From: Lama glama | Taxonomy: Eukaryota | Length of the DNA: 64,000 nt | Reading direction: 5' to 3' | Assembly: GCA_028534125.1 (NCBI GenBank) | Contig: CM052817.1 | Location: 79,424,001 to 79,488,000 of the forward strand | Shown: positions 1-12,372 of the stretch, in pieces | Layout: every line of letters begins with the position of its first letter | How positions within the stretch are numbered: the first letter of the stretch is position 1 | Made by a program: the position numbers and the translations under genes | The notes under the pieces: model-generated | Seen by the model: only the letters and a program-made list of their open reading frames with translations | Database searches by the model: none | Told to the model about the DNA's origin: nothing

Positions 1-129
1 ATATAAATATGCAGTCTCAGTTTTTCTGATAGTTTCAAATATATGAGCAAAAATTTGGATCAGAGATATCTAAATACAATAAGAGGCAAAAAAAAAGTGA
101 GGGGAAATAACCAACTAGAAATTGTGCAA

Positions 130-320
130 AGTACAAAGCATGGAAAAAAATTGGAGAAACAATTCTCAACATAATCAGTAAATCACAATATGAATGTAAC
201 TAGCTTGTTAAAGAGACTAAAACTCTATGAAATAAATTCAGCTACAAGCTGTTTATAAGAGAGATATTTATAAAAATAATTCAGGAAGTTTGAAAATAAA
301 GATATAAAATAGATATCACA
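130..320 (+). mobile_element. Old L1M ORF2 endonuclease N-terminal remnant
   Basis: Degenerate match to the L1 EN start (ISVITLNVNG..CCLQETHL..LKIKGWKKIYH); resumes collinearly at 2223. Confidence 0.6.
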
Positions 321-2222
321 TGCTGTGAAAATAGAAAATTGTAATTACCATTTATTTTTATTTCATTCTTGATTAAATGGCAATTTAGTGAAGAACCTTG
401 AAAGTAAGGAAGACTATTAACAGATGCTTTGAAAATGAATGCAAATTGCTGAACTAAACAAAGCCTACTGTAATATGAATAAATGTAAAAATTTAAAGTA
501 ATTTCAAAACATTTACTTCAAGGGCACTAAGAAAATAAATATTAGTCAAGTTAAGGTGAACATCCTTTCTTGTCAGGTTTATGCTTACTGTACATCTTGC
601 CCAGGTAAAACAGTTTCTGAGGCAGGGTGGGTAACTCAGTGGTAGGGCATGTGCTTAGCATGCATGAGGTCTTAGGTTCAATTCCCAGTACCACTAATAA
701 ATAAATATATACATATAAATAAACAAACAATTTAATTGAGTCTTTTTCTAAGTCCATTTACAACAAGAGGCAAAGAGCTGTCTGATAATGTTGAGCAGTT
801 TGTTTTAATCACCCCAGAGATGCTTGAGCTATGACCTTGAGACCATGAGAACTAGTGTATTTGCTATAGGAACAGACTTGTCAACATGTTAGTCATAGAA
901 AATCATGCTTGCTCACCTAATACTGTGAACTCTGGTTTAGGCATAAATTTTAGTCACTAATCTTGTAATAAATAGCCCACTATTGGTATCTCATTGTTGC
1001 TGCTAAAACTAGTAACCATTATAATAAAGACTGTGCAGATTTTCTCAGGATTAAGAAGAGAAATAAAGGCAGTGCTTTTTTTTTTTTACAGGTAAAGTAA
1101 ATAAGTAACGTTTTTAAAAAATAGGTAAAAGCCTATTTTCATAAGTAAATAAGTGACTCAGGTTAACTTTTAAAATATTTTTAATTAAAAAGTTTTAATA
1201 GATAGTACATATACAGGGTTCCACTTTTATTAGTTTTGTATGAGGATGAATCAGGGTTTGCCTTGGGCTTCAGTATTCAGCCAACATGATTTTCAGCTTT
1301 TGCTTGGGCCTCAGTATTGTGGAAACTGAGCAACCAAATACCTATTTCTATGTCATTTATTATTCTATCCTAGGGAGGTTTCTGAAATTGGTGTGCATAA
1401 ACGGATAACTGACATGAGTTGGAAAGTCAGAGGTAATTTTATTATCTTGAAAGACATCTTTGAAGTTCGAATGCTACATTTCTAGATTCAAAATTGAATG
1501 ACAAATTTTGTCTCAATTGAGTATATTAAGAATAAAAAATATAAGTAAGGGTAATAATCTGAAGTCTGTATATAGACTTCGTGGGACTGCTTCGCTGCTA
1601 ATGCATCATTACCATTGACCAAATCTCAAGTCCAGGAGTTGAAGAGAAGCTGTCTTCATCTTAGTTGCATCAGGGAAGAAGGCGAAATTAATACAACAGT
1701 GGCAATAGCATCATTTGCAGGACCTTACACTGCCAGAGCTGGCCAGGAAGTTCTCTTGCTCCCACATTCACTTCAGTTGAAAGAATGAAACTAGTATTAA
1801 AGATGTCCAGTATAATTTCCCATAGCTGTTGACTGTGCTGAAAAAGAATTATTGTCTCTGCACTATGATGTCAACTGGTAAAATGTGACTAATAAATTTT
1901 AATAATAAAATTGTAATTATAACATAAGTTCAATTATATTTCATATACTTATATCCCAAAAGGTCATTCTGCGATGATAATATTTGGTGTTGGCTGTGCG
2001 CTTAGTCACCTATTGATTTTTAACATGCAGCCATTCAGCATTTGGCCAAAATGGGTAGTCAGTGCATCCCTGCTTTCGTGTGTACTCTTCTAATATTTTT
2101 AAATGCAAATTCAAGCAAATTTTAGTATATATTCTTATTTTTCCCTTTCTAACATATGTACCACTCTGCACTTTAATATACTAGTTTCAAAATACAATCC
2201 AGAATCTTAATTTTCCATGACA
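321..2222. mobile_element. 1.9-kb insertion with TG...CA termini splitting the L1 endonuclease (LTR37-like ends, tentative)
   Basis: Left end TGCTGTGAAAAT, right end ATTTTCCATGACA (imperfect inverted termini); L1 sequence is collinear on both sides. Confidence 0.4.
621..730 (+). mobile_element. tRNA-Ala-derived camelid SINE (vic-1 type)
   Basis: A box TAACTCAGTGG, tRNA-Ala-like CTTAGCATGCATGAGGTC, B box GGTTCAATTCC, A-rich tail. Confidence 0.85.
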
Positions 2223-3742
2223 AAGGCAAATACTAACTAAAAGAAAGCTGTAGTAGAATACACGTCATGTCAGACATAGTAGAATTCAGTGTGCAAAGTC
2301 TTAAAAGGGCAGAAAAAGAGATGTTTTATATTGGCAAAAAGCATAATTAACCCATAAGAAAATAGCCATGAATTTTTATGCTTCTCTAACAACATGGCTT
2401 CAAAATATGCTAAATAAGAGTTGGCAGAGCTACCAGGAATAAGAGACACAGCCACAGTCCTACCATGAAGTTCTTGCATACCTCTCCCAGAAAAGAACAG
2501 ATGAAGTAAATGAAACATAAACAAGAATACAGAGAATTTGGATGACCCAATTACCAAATTTGCTTTAGTAGACATGTAGGGAAAAAGCATTGTACCCAAC
2601 AAAGAAAGAATACACATTCTTTTCCAATACACTTGGAGCAGTCCCCAAAATTGCCAATGTATTGACAAAGAAAATATCAACAAATTCCAAATGTTTATAT
2701 TACCTAAGCCCCATTTACAGACCACAATGCAATACCTTTGAGATTCATAACAAAAATATATTCAGAAAATCCACATCTCTAAATTAAAAGAATAAAAACA
2801 CTTCTAAATAAGTATTAACTGAAAGAGGAAATCAAAATGAAAAATTCAAATGATTCAGAACAGAACAAAACTAAAAGCTCTAAATATTAAAAGTAATATA
2901 TAAAATCAATGAATTAAGCTTTCAGCTCAAGACACGGATACATGTAAAAGGTAAGAAGAAATTAATGAAAGAAAATTAAAAGTCACTAATAATTAAAATA
3001 AACTAAAAGAAATAACAAAAAGAACAAAAATGAGAAGTGACTACAGATATAGGGAAACATTTTTAATTATAAGAGAATGTACTTTTATGCCAGTAATTTA
3101 AAAAACCTAAATGGAGAGTTCTTACAATTTTTTAGGAAAATATAAACTTCTAAAATTGGCTCAAGAAGATACAGAAAACCTGAGTATTTTGAAATAATAG
3201 CCTCTCTTCCCCTGCTCTCCCACTGGTGGAACCAGGCCCAGGTAATTTTAGGTCGTTTCTACCAGGCCTCTAAGGAACAGACAGTTCTTTTCTTCCCCAG
3301 CAGTTTTAGAGCACAGGTAAACAGGGGAAGCCACATAACTCATTTTATGAGGTATAACCCTGATAAAAACAGCCCTCAAAGAAACAATAAGCAAATAGTA
3401 TCCTATATGGATATAAATTAAAAATATGTGAAAATATTAATAAATTAAATCATATAAAGTATTAAAAATGGGATTTGTGTCTCTTAAAAATAGGACAAGT
3501 AGCCTTTGTTCCAGGAATGCTAATAAGGTTCAGCATTAGACAAGATTTGAACCAATGTAATTCATTTCAGAAGAGATTAAAGGAGGAATTCATACAAACT
3601 TCTCAAGAGAAGCTGAAAAAGCTTTTGATTCAATTCAACATCCATTTATGAAATAAACTTTTGTAAAAGCAAGAAACAACCTTAACCTGATAAAGATTAG
3701 TGCAAAAACCCAACAGCAAACACCATACTTAATTTTGAAATT
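2223..3742 (+). mobile_element. Old L1M ORF2 remnant (EN to RT)
   Basis: ANTN*KKAVV at the start; RT motif EAEKAFDSIQHPFM at 3609-3650 (consensus DAEKAFDKIQHPFM); many stops and frameshifts. Confidence 0.85.
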
Positions 3743-4300
3743 GGGCGGGGGTTAGGATAAGGCAAGTGAAGCATTCACCTCAGGCACAGAATTTAAGGGG
3801 GCACCAATAATCTCAGTAAACAAGATGAATAATATTTTAATGCAATTTGAAAAAATCAATGTTAATACAAAAAAAAATCCATGATGGTTTTAGACTATGA
3901 AAATTTTCAGTGAAGACCAGGGCAGGACCAAGACGTGCTGGAGTCTGAGGTGAAAGGAGAACTATGTGCCCCTATATAAATGCATTTATGTGTTGTTTTT
4001 TCAGTGGTTAATTTTTTTCTCCAGAGCAGTAAATTTTGAAAAAAATCAAAAATTGAAAAGTAGATGTATTAAAACTCACAATATTATTTTGTTTAAATAT
4101 TTTATTTACACCAAAACCAGAATCCCATAATTTTCCTTTTCTAGCTTTAAAAGAAATCAGCATACTAATAATATTTAAACTCTTTTGCTTTGCTTCTCTC
4201 ATTTTTCAGTTGAGAGAATTGCCATTTTTGACAATTCTTCTTAGCCAAGTGGCAATCTTAAATAACCACTATTAGGATAAAAAAATTGGATGCAGAATTC
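3743..4300 (-). mobile_element. hAT (Tip100-group) DNA transposon fossil: MER96-like terminus plus transposase C-terminal remnant
   Basis: Left end resembles recalled MER96B (GGCAAGTGAAGCA...AATTTAAGGGGGCACC). Minus strand reads GYLRLPLG*EELSKMAILSTEK (4267-4202) and II..ISFKARK (~4170-4135), matching the hAT C-terminal pattern YLRSTM.QERL..LAILSIE...II..F..KARK. Confidence 0.65.
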
Positions 4301-4329
4301 CTAAATTAATAGAAGGGGGAAAATGTTCA

Positions 4330-5230
4330 AGAAAAAGTTGAATCTTCACAGAAAACTCAGAAAAGAAGGAAAAAGGAAAATACCAAAAAAAAAAAAGGCA
4401 TCAAATAAGATAACAAGAATCAGAGTTAACATGCTAATTCTGTAACAACTGTAAAATGGCTAATTTCTTGATTAGCAAAGATTACCAGGTTGAGTAAATA
4501 AGGCATCCTGTATGTACTGTTTGCAAAAGATATACTCGTAACTAAAAGATTCCAAAACATCGTCAATTGATTGATAAAGAATATCAATAAATGTAAGCAA
4601 ACAAGATAGCAGGGTGGCAATAAATAAAGTGAGAAAAAGTAGAGTTCAAAGGAAAATGCATCAAATGGGACAAAGATAAAATCTAAACGGAAACTATAAT
4701 AGCATTTAGCTTTTATTCAACTAACACAGAAGTGAAACATTAAGCAAAATATTTCTTAAAAGGAGCAAAGGGAAATTTCACACAAGTCACAATTACAGTG
4801 GGAGGCTAGCACACTTCTTTTAGACTTTGGTGGATCAAGTAAACCAAAATATTTTAAAATATAGAACTATTAAATAATACAACTAAGAAGCTTGATATAT
4901 ATTCTACTCAAAGTCTATAATATATTTAAACTCTACAGAGGATATATATACATAATTTAAACTCTACATATATTTATTTAAATTATATATTTAATATATT
5001 TAACTCTACAGAGGATATATATTCTACTCAAAGCCCATAAAACATTTACAATAGTCAGTAGTTCAATAAATTCTCAAACCAAACAGGACACATTCTCTAA
5101 CACAATATAGTAAAACTAGAAATTTACAATAAAAAATTAACAAGCACACAAGACAGAGACTTTAGCAATATTGTGCTCTTCTAAATAACTCTTGGATTAG
5201 AGAAAAAAAAATCAAACCTAAAATCACACA
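4330..5230 (+). mobile_element. Second old L1M endonuclease-region remnant
   Basis: A-rich; degenerate EN motifs (CTVCKRYT for CCLQETH, TITVGG for TIIVGD, TFSNHN-like). Confidence 0.6.
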
Positions 5231-5239
5231 CTGTTACAC

Positions 5240-6980
5240 ACAACTTTGGGTACCGAGTGCCAAGCACTCTTGTGGGTGCTGGGAGTTCAGCAGTGAACCG
5301 AGTTCCTCAGGGGTTTTTATAGTCTCCTGGGGAAGACAAACAATAAGCAAATAAGCCAATATTTTTATGTGAAAGATAAATGAAGGAAAGTTCCATGAAG
5401 AAAAATAAAACCAAGTACGAGTAGACAGGGATGGTGGTCAAGGAAGGCCTCTCTGAGGAGTTAACTTCTGACCAGGGACCCAGGAATGTGCAGGAGCAAG
5501 TCATGGACCTATATGGCGAGGGCACTCCAAGAGAAAGAAGCAGCCAGTGACCATCCTGAGTGGGGACCACCTGGACTAGGGTGCCGGGTTAGCACAAGTG
5601 AACATGGGGAGAACGGCTGGAGAGGAGACAAAGGGCAGCGCATAGCCCCTTGTGGAAGCTCGGGTTTTATTCTAAATGTGACAGGAAGCTTATTGATGGA
5701 TGTGATATGGGGAGGAATGTGATACGTATACATTTTTTCAGTTTTTTTTTTACTTTATTTATTCTAATCGAGGTAACACTGGTTTATAACATTCTATAAG
5801 CTTCATGTGTACAACATTATATTTTCACTTCCGTATACCCTTACAGCATGCTCACCACCAAAAACTTAGTTTCCGTATGGCTGCCCCCTCCCTTTACCCA
5901 TTTCAGTCCCCATCGCCACCCCTTCCTCTCTGGTAATCCCTACTCCTTTCTCTATGTCTACCTGTTGTTTTTGTTTAGTTTGGTTTGTTCATTTATTTTG
6001 TTTTGTTTTGTTTTTTTATATTCCACATATGAGTGAAATCATAACATGACTTGTATTTTTAAAGAGCTTTTTCCGTCGGTACGGAAAACAAACCACAGTG
6101 CAATCGCCGTTGCAATTGCTGGGCGATGGTTTGGACTATGGCGAGAACAGTGGAGAGAGTGAGTGGGCGGATTTAGGCTGTGTTTGGAAGGTAGAGGTGA
6201 CATGGACTGGGTTACCTGGTGAGAACGAGGACAATTAAGGAGGAGCTCTATGTTTGTGATCTAAGTATCTGAATGAAGAGTAATACTGTTCACTAAATTA
6301 AAAAAATTAAAAATTTTAAAAGGAGAGTGGGGAGGGGACCGAGGGGAAAAAGAAGCAGTAAACTGAGAGTGATGTTTTTATTTGTATCCCTTTGGAATTT
6401 TTTTTTTTCCTCAGTGTGAGGCTCTTCGTTACCGCTTTAGTGATGACCATGAAAAAACATGAATGTGCCTCAGATATCACCCAAGAAGGAAGAGTGGGTT
6501 TGAAAAATAAATAAGAAAATAAATAAACAAGAAAAATAAATCATTTACCTAGAAAGCAAGGACTAAGCCCTGAGTCACTTCAGCAGTTAGAGGGTGAGAA
6601 GACGAACAGGAGTCAGTAAAGAAGTTGCCAAGCAGTAGGAAAATTAGGAAAAGTGATATCCTGAAAGCCAGTGAAGGGAAGTTTCAGGATGGGCAGGGGT
6701 GATCGAATTCTGCTTCATCACAGGTGAGGACTAAAAATAAATGACCCTTGGATTTAGCAAAATGAAAATCACTGGTGATTCTGATAAAGGTAGTTTCAGC
6801 GTAGTGGTAGGCTAAAAAGCCTGACTACAAGAGAGAATGAAAGGTGAATAATTGGAAACAATAAATATGGACAACTATTTTGAGGAATATTGCTATAAAT
6901 GAAAGCAGAAAAATGGTGAGGTCACTGAGTATATAAGGCCAAGAACTTCATTTAAGATAGGAGATACTACAGCATGTTTA
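5240..6980 (+). mobile_element. L2 fragments, interrupted by the L1 at ~5735-6045
   Basis: Typical purine-rich L2 3' motifs (GTGGTCAAGGAAGGCCTCTCTGAGGAG, TTGGATTTAGCAA, GTAGTTTCAG). Confidence 0.7.
5735..6045 (-). mobile_element. L1 3' end fragment
   Basis: Poly-T head then CATGTGTACAACAT...TTCCACATATGAGTGAAATCATA, an antisense L1 3' UTR. Confidence 0.8.
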
Positions 6981-7019
6981 TTTTGCTGTGTTATGTTACT
7001 TGGGAATGTAGTTAGGACA

Positions 7020-7780
7020 AAAATTGATGAAGTTATTTTAAAATAGTAATAATGAAATTGCAGTGTATCAAATTCTGTGGGATTGGGATAAAGCAGAACT
7101 CAAAAGAAAATACTTTAGTATTTGAAGAGTTATTATTAAACATAAACAAGAAACAGTGAAATGAATTAAGTACTAAACACAAAAAGCTAAAAAAGAACAA
7201 AAATAAATAAGCTGAAGGAAAGGAGCAGAGAATTACTAAAGATAAATTGAAATATTGAGTAATTTAAAAAGAACCAATAGATTAAATTCAAGAGCTGATT
7301 CTTTGAAAAGACCAAGAAAATAAACAAGCATTTGCTAAATGTTCCAATAAAGTGAGGAGAAATATACCATATTCAGAATTAAAAAGGAATAAAATCACAG
7401 ATATAAAGGAAGTTGTAAAAATCATGGACAAATAAAAATACAAAATACAAAATATCACTTGCCATAAGCTAGACACTGTTTAAATCTTACAACAACCCTG
7501 TGAGGTAAGTATTTTCCCAGTCCAATATTAAGATAAATTGAGCTGGGAAGAGGTTAAGAAATTAGCCCAAGATCACCTACCTGGTAACTGAGAGGCTGAG
7601 ATTCAAATCTGTCTTGTGCTTTCTACACTAAAGCATGTATGTATGTATGTAGGCAGAAGCTTATGCCAACAAATAGGAAAATACAGATTTCTCAGGAAAA
7701 CAAACTACTAAAATTAATTAGAGAAAAGGTAGAAAATCCCCAAAGACCAATAACCTGGGAAGAAATTGAAAAGTTAGGCA
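7020..7780 (+). mobile_element. Old L1M ORF2 remnant with an internal MIR (~7470-7630)
   Basis: KS*FFEK-like motif at ~7290 and RPITWEEIEK at ~7745; MIR core ACAACAACCCTGTGAGGTAAG. Confidence 0.65.
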
Positions 7781-8003
7781 GTTTTGATGATGATATGGCT
7801 GTTACTTCTTTTTGGGGAGGGTTTGATATTTCTTAGGCCTTTTGTCTATTCTGATAAAGGAAGCAGCCATGGAATGGTAATCTTCCAAAGCAATATTTTT
7901 AGAATTTCATGATCCATTCCTTTTACTAACCAACTCACAGCTTCTCCCACCCTCTCCCTCAGCTCCAGCTCCTAACTCAGACATCAGTTGTTGGTGGGAT
8001 GAT

Positions 8004-8191
8004 TAGAGTTTCAGATTTAGCAAATAAAAATACTGAATGGATGTCCAGTTAGATTTATATTTCAGATAAACAATGAATTTTTTTAAGTATGTGTCCTGAA
8101 ATACTTCGGACATACTTATCCTAAAAAGTATTTATTATCGGAAGTTCCAATTTAACTGGGTATCCATTCAGTATTTTATCTAATAGAACTA
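8004..8191. mobile_element. MER53 palindromic hAT MITE
   Basis: CAGATTTAGCAAATAAAAATAC start; arms are reverse-complementary (8027-8042 matches 8162-8177 exactly); central GTATGTGTCC/GGACATAC. Confidence 0.85.
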
Positions 8192-8424
8192 ACGCTGATC
8201 TCAGGTTTTAATTTTGTATCTTAAGCCATGGCTAGTCACAAAACTGAAGACTTTTCAGTGTCAATTTTTCCTGTCTTACTGACATTTCATCTATAAATTC
8301 CAGTTACACAGTGAATCTAAGATATCTGGTTTTATCCATTCATATATGGATCTAAGTTCTTAAATATGGACATGGATATAATTAAATTTTATTTTATTCC
8401 TGTCCATCAACCAATAGAATATCT

Positions 8425-8570
8425 TGATTCTATATTCTCTATAGTGTATTCTATATTCTGTGTCCTACATTCTATATTCTAAATTCTATATTCAGTATTC
8501 TGTATTCTATTTTCTAAATTCTGTGTTCTGCATTCCATGTTATAAATTCTGGGTTCTATATTATCTATTC
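8425..8570 (+). repeat. Degenerate heptamer tandem repeat (ATTCTAT)n
   Basis: Repeated ATTCTAT/ATTCTGT/ATTCTAA units. Confidence 0.8.
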
Positions 8571-9513
8571 TCAGTGTTTTAACTGGAACAAGTAGACAAA
8601 TAGGTTTTTTTCTAGAGGCATGAATTAGAAAGACAGGATTACAGCAGATGCATTTTCTGTATAGGCACCAATAACAGGGCCCAGAGAGCAGGAAGCGCTC
8701 CTTTTTAAAGGACTTGTTGAGTATGAAATTAGGAAATGTGTCCTTAGGTGGTGCAAAGTGTTTATGTCCTTACCATTCCATTTTAAAGGCTTGCGTTTCC
8801 CAGGACTCTCATGTAGAAATTCCACTGATTTGAAAAAAAAAAAAGTCTTAATTGGTACACAAACCTAGTTATGCAAATAGACTCTGAGGTTTAAGAGAAA
8901 GAACATGGCCTTTCATTGCAGTAAGGCCTGAATTCAAACCCAGGTTTGACTACTTACTAGCAGTATAATTTTTTTAATATATATTTTTTAATTTCAAAAT
9001 TTTTCAAACCCACAGAAAAGTTGAAAGAATGGGACAAAAAAAACTCATATACTCTCATCTATATTCACTAAGTGTCAACATCTTTTCTCTGCACACAGAC
9101 AACACACTCACACACCCACATTCCTCCCTTTTGCCAAATCTTTTCATTGTAGACTACAGACATCATGATGTTTCATCTCTAGATACCTCAGTATGCATCT
9201 CCCAAGAACAAGAACATTCTATAACCAGCCATAACACTAAAATCACACCTAAGAAAATCAACATTAGTTCAATGACATAATTCAACATACAGCCCATACT
9301 CAGATTTCCCCAATTATCAAGAAAGTGTCAGATTATAGCTCTGCACTCCACCCTGTTCGGTATCAGTCAAGGTCCATGTATTGAATTGGCTCTTTTTGTC
9401 TTATTATGCTCCCTCAATCCAGAATAGTTCTCTGCTTTGCTTGGTTTTTTCCACAACATTGAATTCTTTGAAGAGTTCAGGTCATCTGTTCCAAGTAATT
9501 GTACCACATTCTT

Positions 9514-9638
9514 TTTTGGGGGTGTGTGTGTTAGGGGGTGGTAATTAGAGTTTATCTATATGGAGGTACTGGGGATTGAACCTAGGACCTCATGCATGCT
9601 AAGCACACGCTCTACCACTGAGCTTTACCCTCCCCCCA
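9514..9638 (-). mobile_element. tRNA-Ala-derived camelid SINE with 13-bp TSD
   Basis: Reverse complement GGGGAGGGTAAAGCTCAGTGGTAGAGCG...GGTTCAATCCCCAGTACCTCCA; exact TSD GTACCACATTCTT at 9501-9513 and 9639-9651. Confidence 0.92.
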
Positions 9639-10854
9639 GTACCACATTCTTGATTGTTCTGATTCTTTATGAAAACTTTCCAGCATGAATACAGTGAGGA
9701 GAAGTCTAGTATCTCTTACCACATCATGTCAGGAGGCACAGATACCATGGTGTCAGGCTTTCCATTATTGGCACTTTTCACTTGTAAAGAAATATTTTCC
9801 CTTTGGTGATAAGTAAGTAATTTGTGGGGTAATCATTTGAGATCATGTAAACATCCTTGTCTCAATAAATTTGTGCCCCCATGACTTAACTATTCATTAA
9901 TAATTCATGTCTGACTGAGCTGTTATATTGTGTGTTATAAAATGGTGATTTTCTCATCTTATCACTCCTACATTATTAGCTGTCATTCTACTATAAAGGA
10001 GAACTATCTCTTTCTCTCTTCCTCTCCTTTTTTTCTCATATTACCATAAATTTGTGATCTCTCTCTTTTTCAAAATTCACTGTGTTATAATGTATTACCA
10101 TCATTTTTCTTTTTGATGCTGAAATTGTCCCCAGTTTGGTCAGCGGGTAGCACTTCATGCTGGCTCCTGGGTCCTTTAGACACATCCCCATTAATCTTTG
10201 AGCACTTCGGTGCTTTCTGGCACAAGATGTTCCAGGCTCATCTTGTACTTGTACTTTCCTTGCCTCATACCTGGAACCTTCCGTTCCTCCAAGGAGACCT
10301 GGCTCCTTTTAATAGGAAGTAAGTTTTAGAAATCAAGACCTGGATTCTGGATACAATTATAACAGGATGTTAATTTTCTAGGCTCCTTCCCCGAAAAAAA
10401 ATGTATATGTATGTGTGTGTGTGTATAGATATATATATCTTAAAGTCATGATTTCATATTAATATGTACAATTGAAATCTAATACCATAGGATCCTTTTT
10501 CTTTATTGTTTTCTTTGTATCTGCTTGTTCCTGAGTAAAAATCCACTGAGGTTTCCAAAAACATCAAAATATTTACTCATTAGTTCTATGCAACATACAC
10601 ACAAAACAGAGTTACAACAATACTACCACCAATAACAAACCTAATAAGTAAAATTGTAAAATAATTTGCAATGCCCTGTATATGTGACAAAAGTACACAA
10701 TCTAGAGTATGCTTAAAATTTACTTGAATTACTTTTTTGTCTATATGGATATGGTATTAATTTCACATACTGCTGAAATCATTTGTTTCTATTTGTATTT
10801 CATTTTAGTGCTTGATTTTTCACACTTTTTAATTTAGTTTTATTTTTAAAAAAA

Positions 10855-10935
10855 TATATAACATTAACTGAATCACTTTGCTGTACACCTGAAACTAACA
10901 TTGTAAAACTACACTTCAATAAAAAATTTAAAAAA
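10855..10935 (+). mobile_element. Very short L1 3' terminus
   Basis: ACTGAATCACTTTGCTGTACACCTGAAACTAACA...CTTCAATAAAAAA. Confidence 0.75.
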
Positions 10936-11035
10936 ATTTTTAATATATAACATTGACATGTTTGATAATCAAAACTATATACAAAGCTATGCTCTTCACT
11001 AAGTCTCTCCAGGTCTCCTCTACCTTGTTCCCACC

Positions 11036-11092
11036 ATAGATAGACAGACAGATGACAGACGACAGACAGATAGACAGACAGATAGATAGATA
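11036..11092 (+). repeat. (GATA)/(GACA) microsatellite
   Basis: Visible tetranucleotide repeats. Confidence 0.9.
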
Positions 11093-12319
11093 TTCATGTG
11101 TATTAGATCATCTTCTCTCCTGCACAAAAGGTAGCATACTCTATACATTCTTTTGTCTTTTGTTTTTTTCACTTAACATTATATTCTGGAAATGATTCCA
11201 TGTCAGTTTATAGAGGTCTTTCTCATTCTTTCCATAGCTAGTATGTATGTATGTAAGTATGTATGTATGTATGTATTAAACCATTATTTATTTAACCAAT
11301 CTTTTATGGATTGGCATTTAGATTGTTATCATATTTTGCTATTACAAATAGTGCCACTGAATAAACTTGTGCATATGTTCTGAATCTGTGGACGTGTATA
11401 TTAAGGGTAGATTCCTAGGAGTGAAGTTTTTGTGGCTTAAAGCAAATACCTGTTTAATTTTATTAGATGCTGCCAAGTTTTCCTTCATAGGAGTTATAAC
11501 ATTTTGCATTCCCACCAGCAATGGATGAAAGTTTCCTTTTTCCTACTGCCTGGCCAGTGGAGTGTGTTGTCAAGTTGCCCAATCTTGCAAGTGAAAAATG
11601 ATAAATTTAAAGATGTTTTAAATTTAGAAGTGTAATCATGAGCAAGTTATTGAGCTTCTTTGAGCTTTAATTTCCTAGTTAAGTTAAAAATGCACATCTT
11701 CAAAGTTTGGTTTGATGACTAAGTGTCCATAGTAGATTTATGGATACATTAAAAAATCTATGACTTGGTACATAATAAATACTCAATAAGTGTTATTTAT
11801 TATGTATTACTCTGTATTTAGTAGGCAGTAAATTTTGAAGTAACTTATTTATCTTAGTAAATAAGTCTTGGTGACTAATATGGAAAACTATCATTCTTAT
11901 GATGGTAGAGAAAATAGAATCAGAGGTCTTAAACATCATTAGCGGCAAATAGTTATGTCATCTTCTTTAATTGCTTGTTAGTGACTTCTAGAGTGTTACA
12001 TTAATAAGGATTACGATGACAAATCTTTGTCTAGCAGGTAAGAATACTTGATTGATAAAGTTTTACCTCTTATGGGTATGAGTGCGAGGAGTGCACACAC
12101 GTTTCCTATCACTAATTTGGTTAAATTCATTGATTTTTATAGTGAGGAACTGAGGGCAAATATATTGGGATATGTTACAGATGATACAGCAAGTTAATAT
12201 CAAAGTCAAGATTAAAAAATAAAATTCATAACTTCTAGTGTCATGCTTTTACCATTGTACTATAGCACCCTTCCTCCCTCGTTTTTCTCCCTCCTCCACC
12301 TTTCTCCTTTGGTCTGTCT

Positions 12320-12372
12320 CCCTCCCTCCCTCTCTCTCTCTCTATCTCTCTCACACACACACACACACAGAC
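12320..12372 (+). repeat. Compound (CCCT)(CT)n(CA)n microsatellite
   Basis: Visible repeats. Confidence 0.9.

Larger units (their letters stand above)
8970..11620 (-). mobile_element. Old L1MC/ME 3' region inserted into a MIR (MIR halves at ~8900-8968 and ~11630-11800)
   Basis: Antisense L1M 3' UTR motifs (CAGAAAAGTTGAAAGAAT, GATGTTCCAGGCTCATCTTG, TTGCATTCCCACCAGCAATG); the MIR motif continues across the insert. Confidence 0.7.

Noticed and set aside
2270..2725. 151-aa minus-strand ORF
   Set aside because: Antisense to an L1 endonuclease remnant.
9560..9638. tRNA-Ala-like gene (also at 621, 33460, 47848)
   Set aside because: SINE tail, TSDs and broken stems show these are SINE heads, not tRNA genes.
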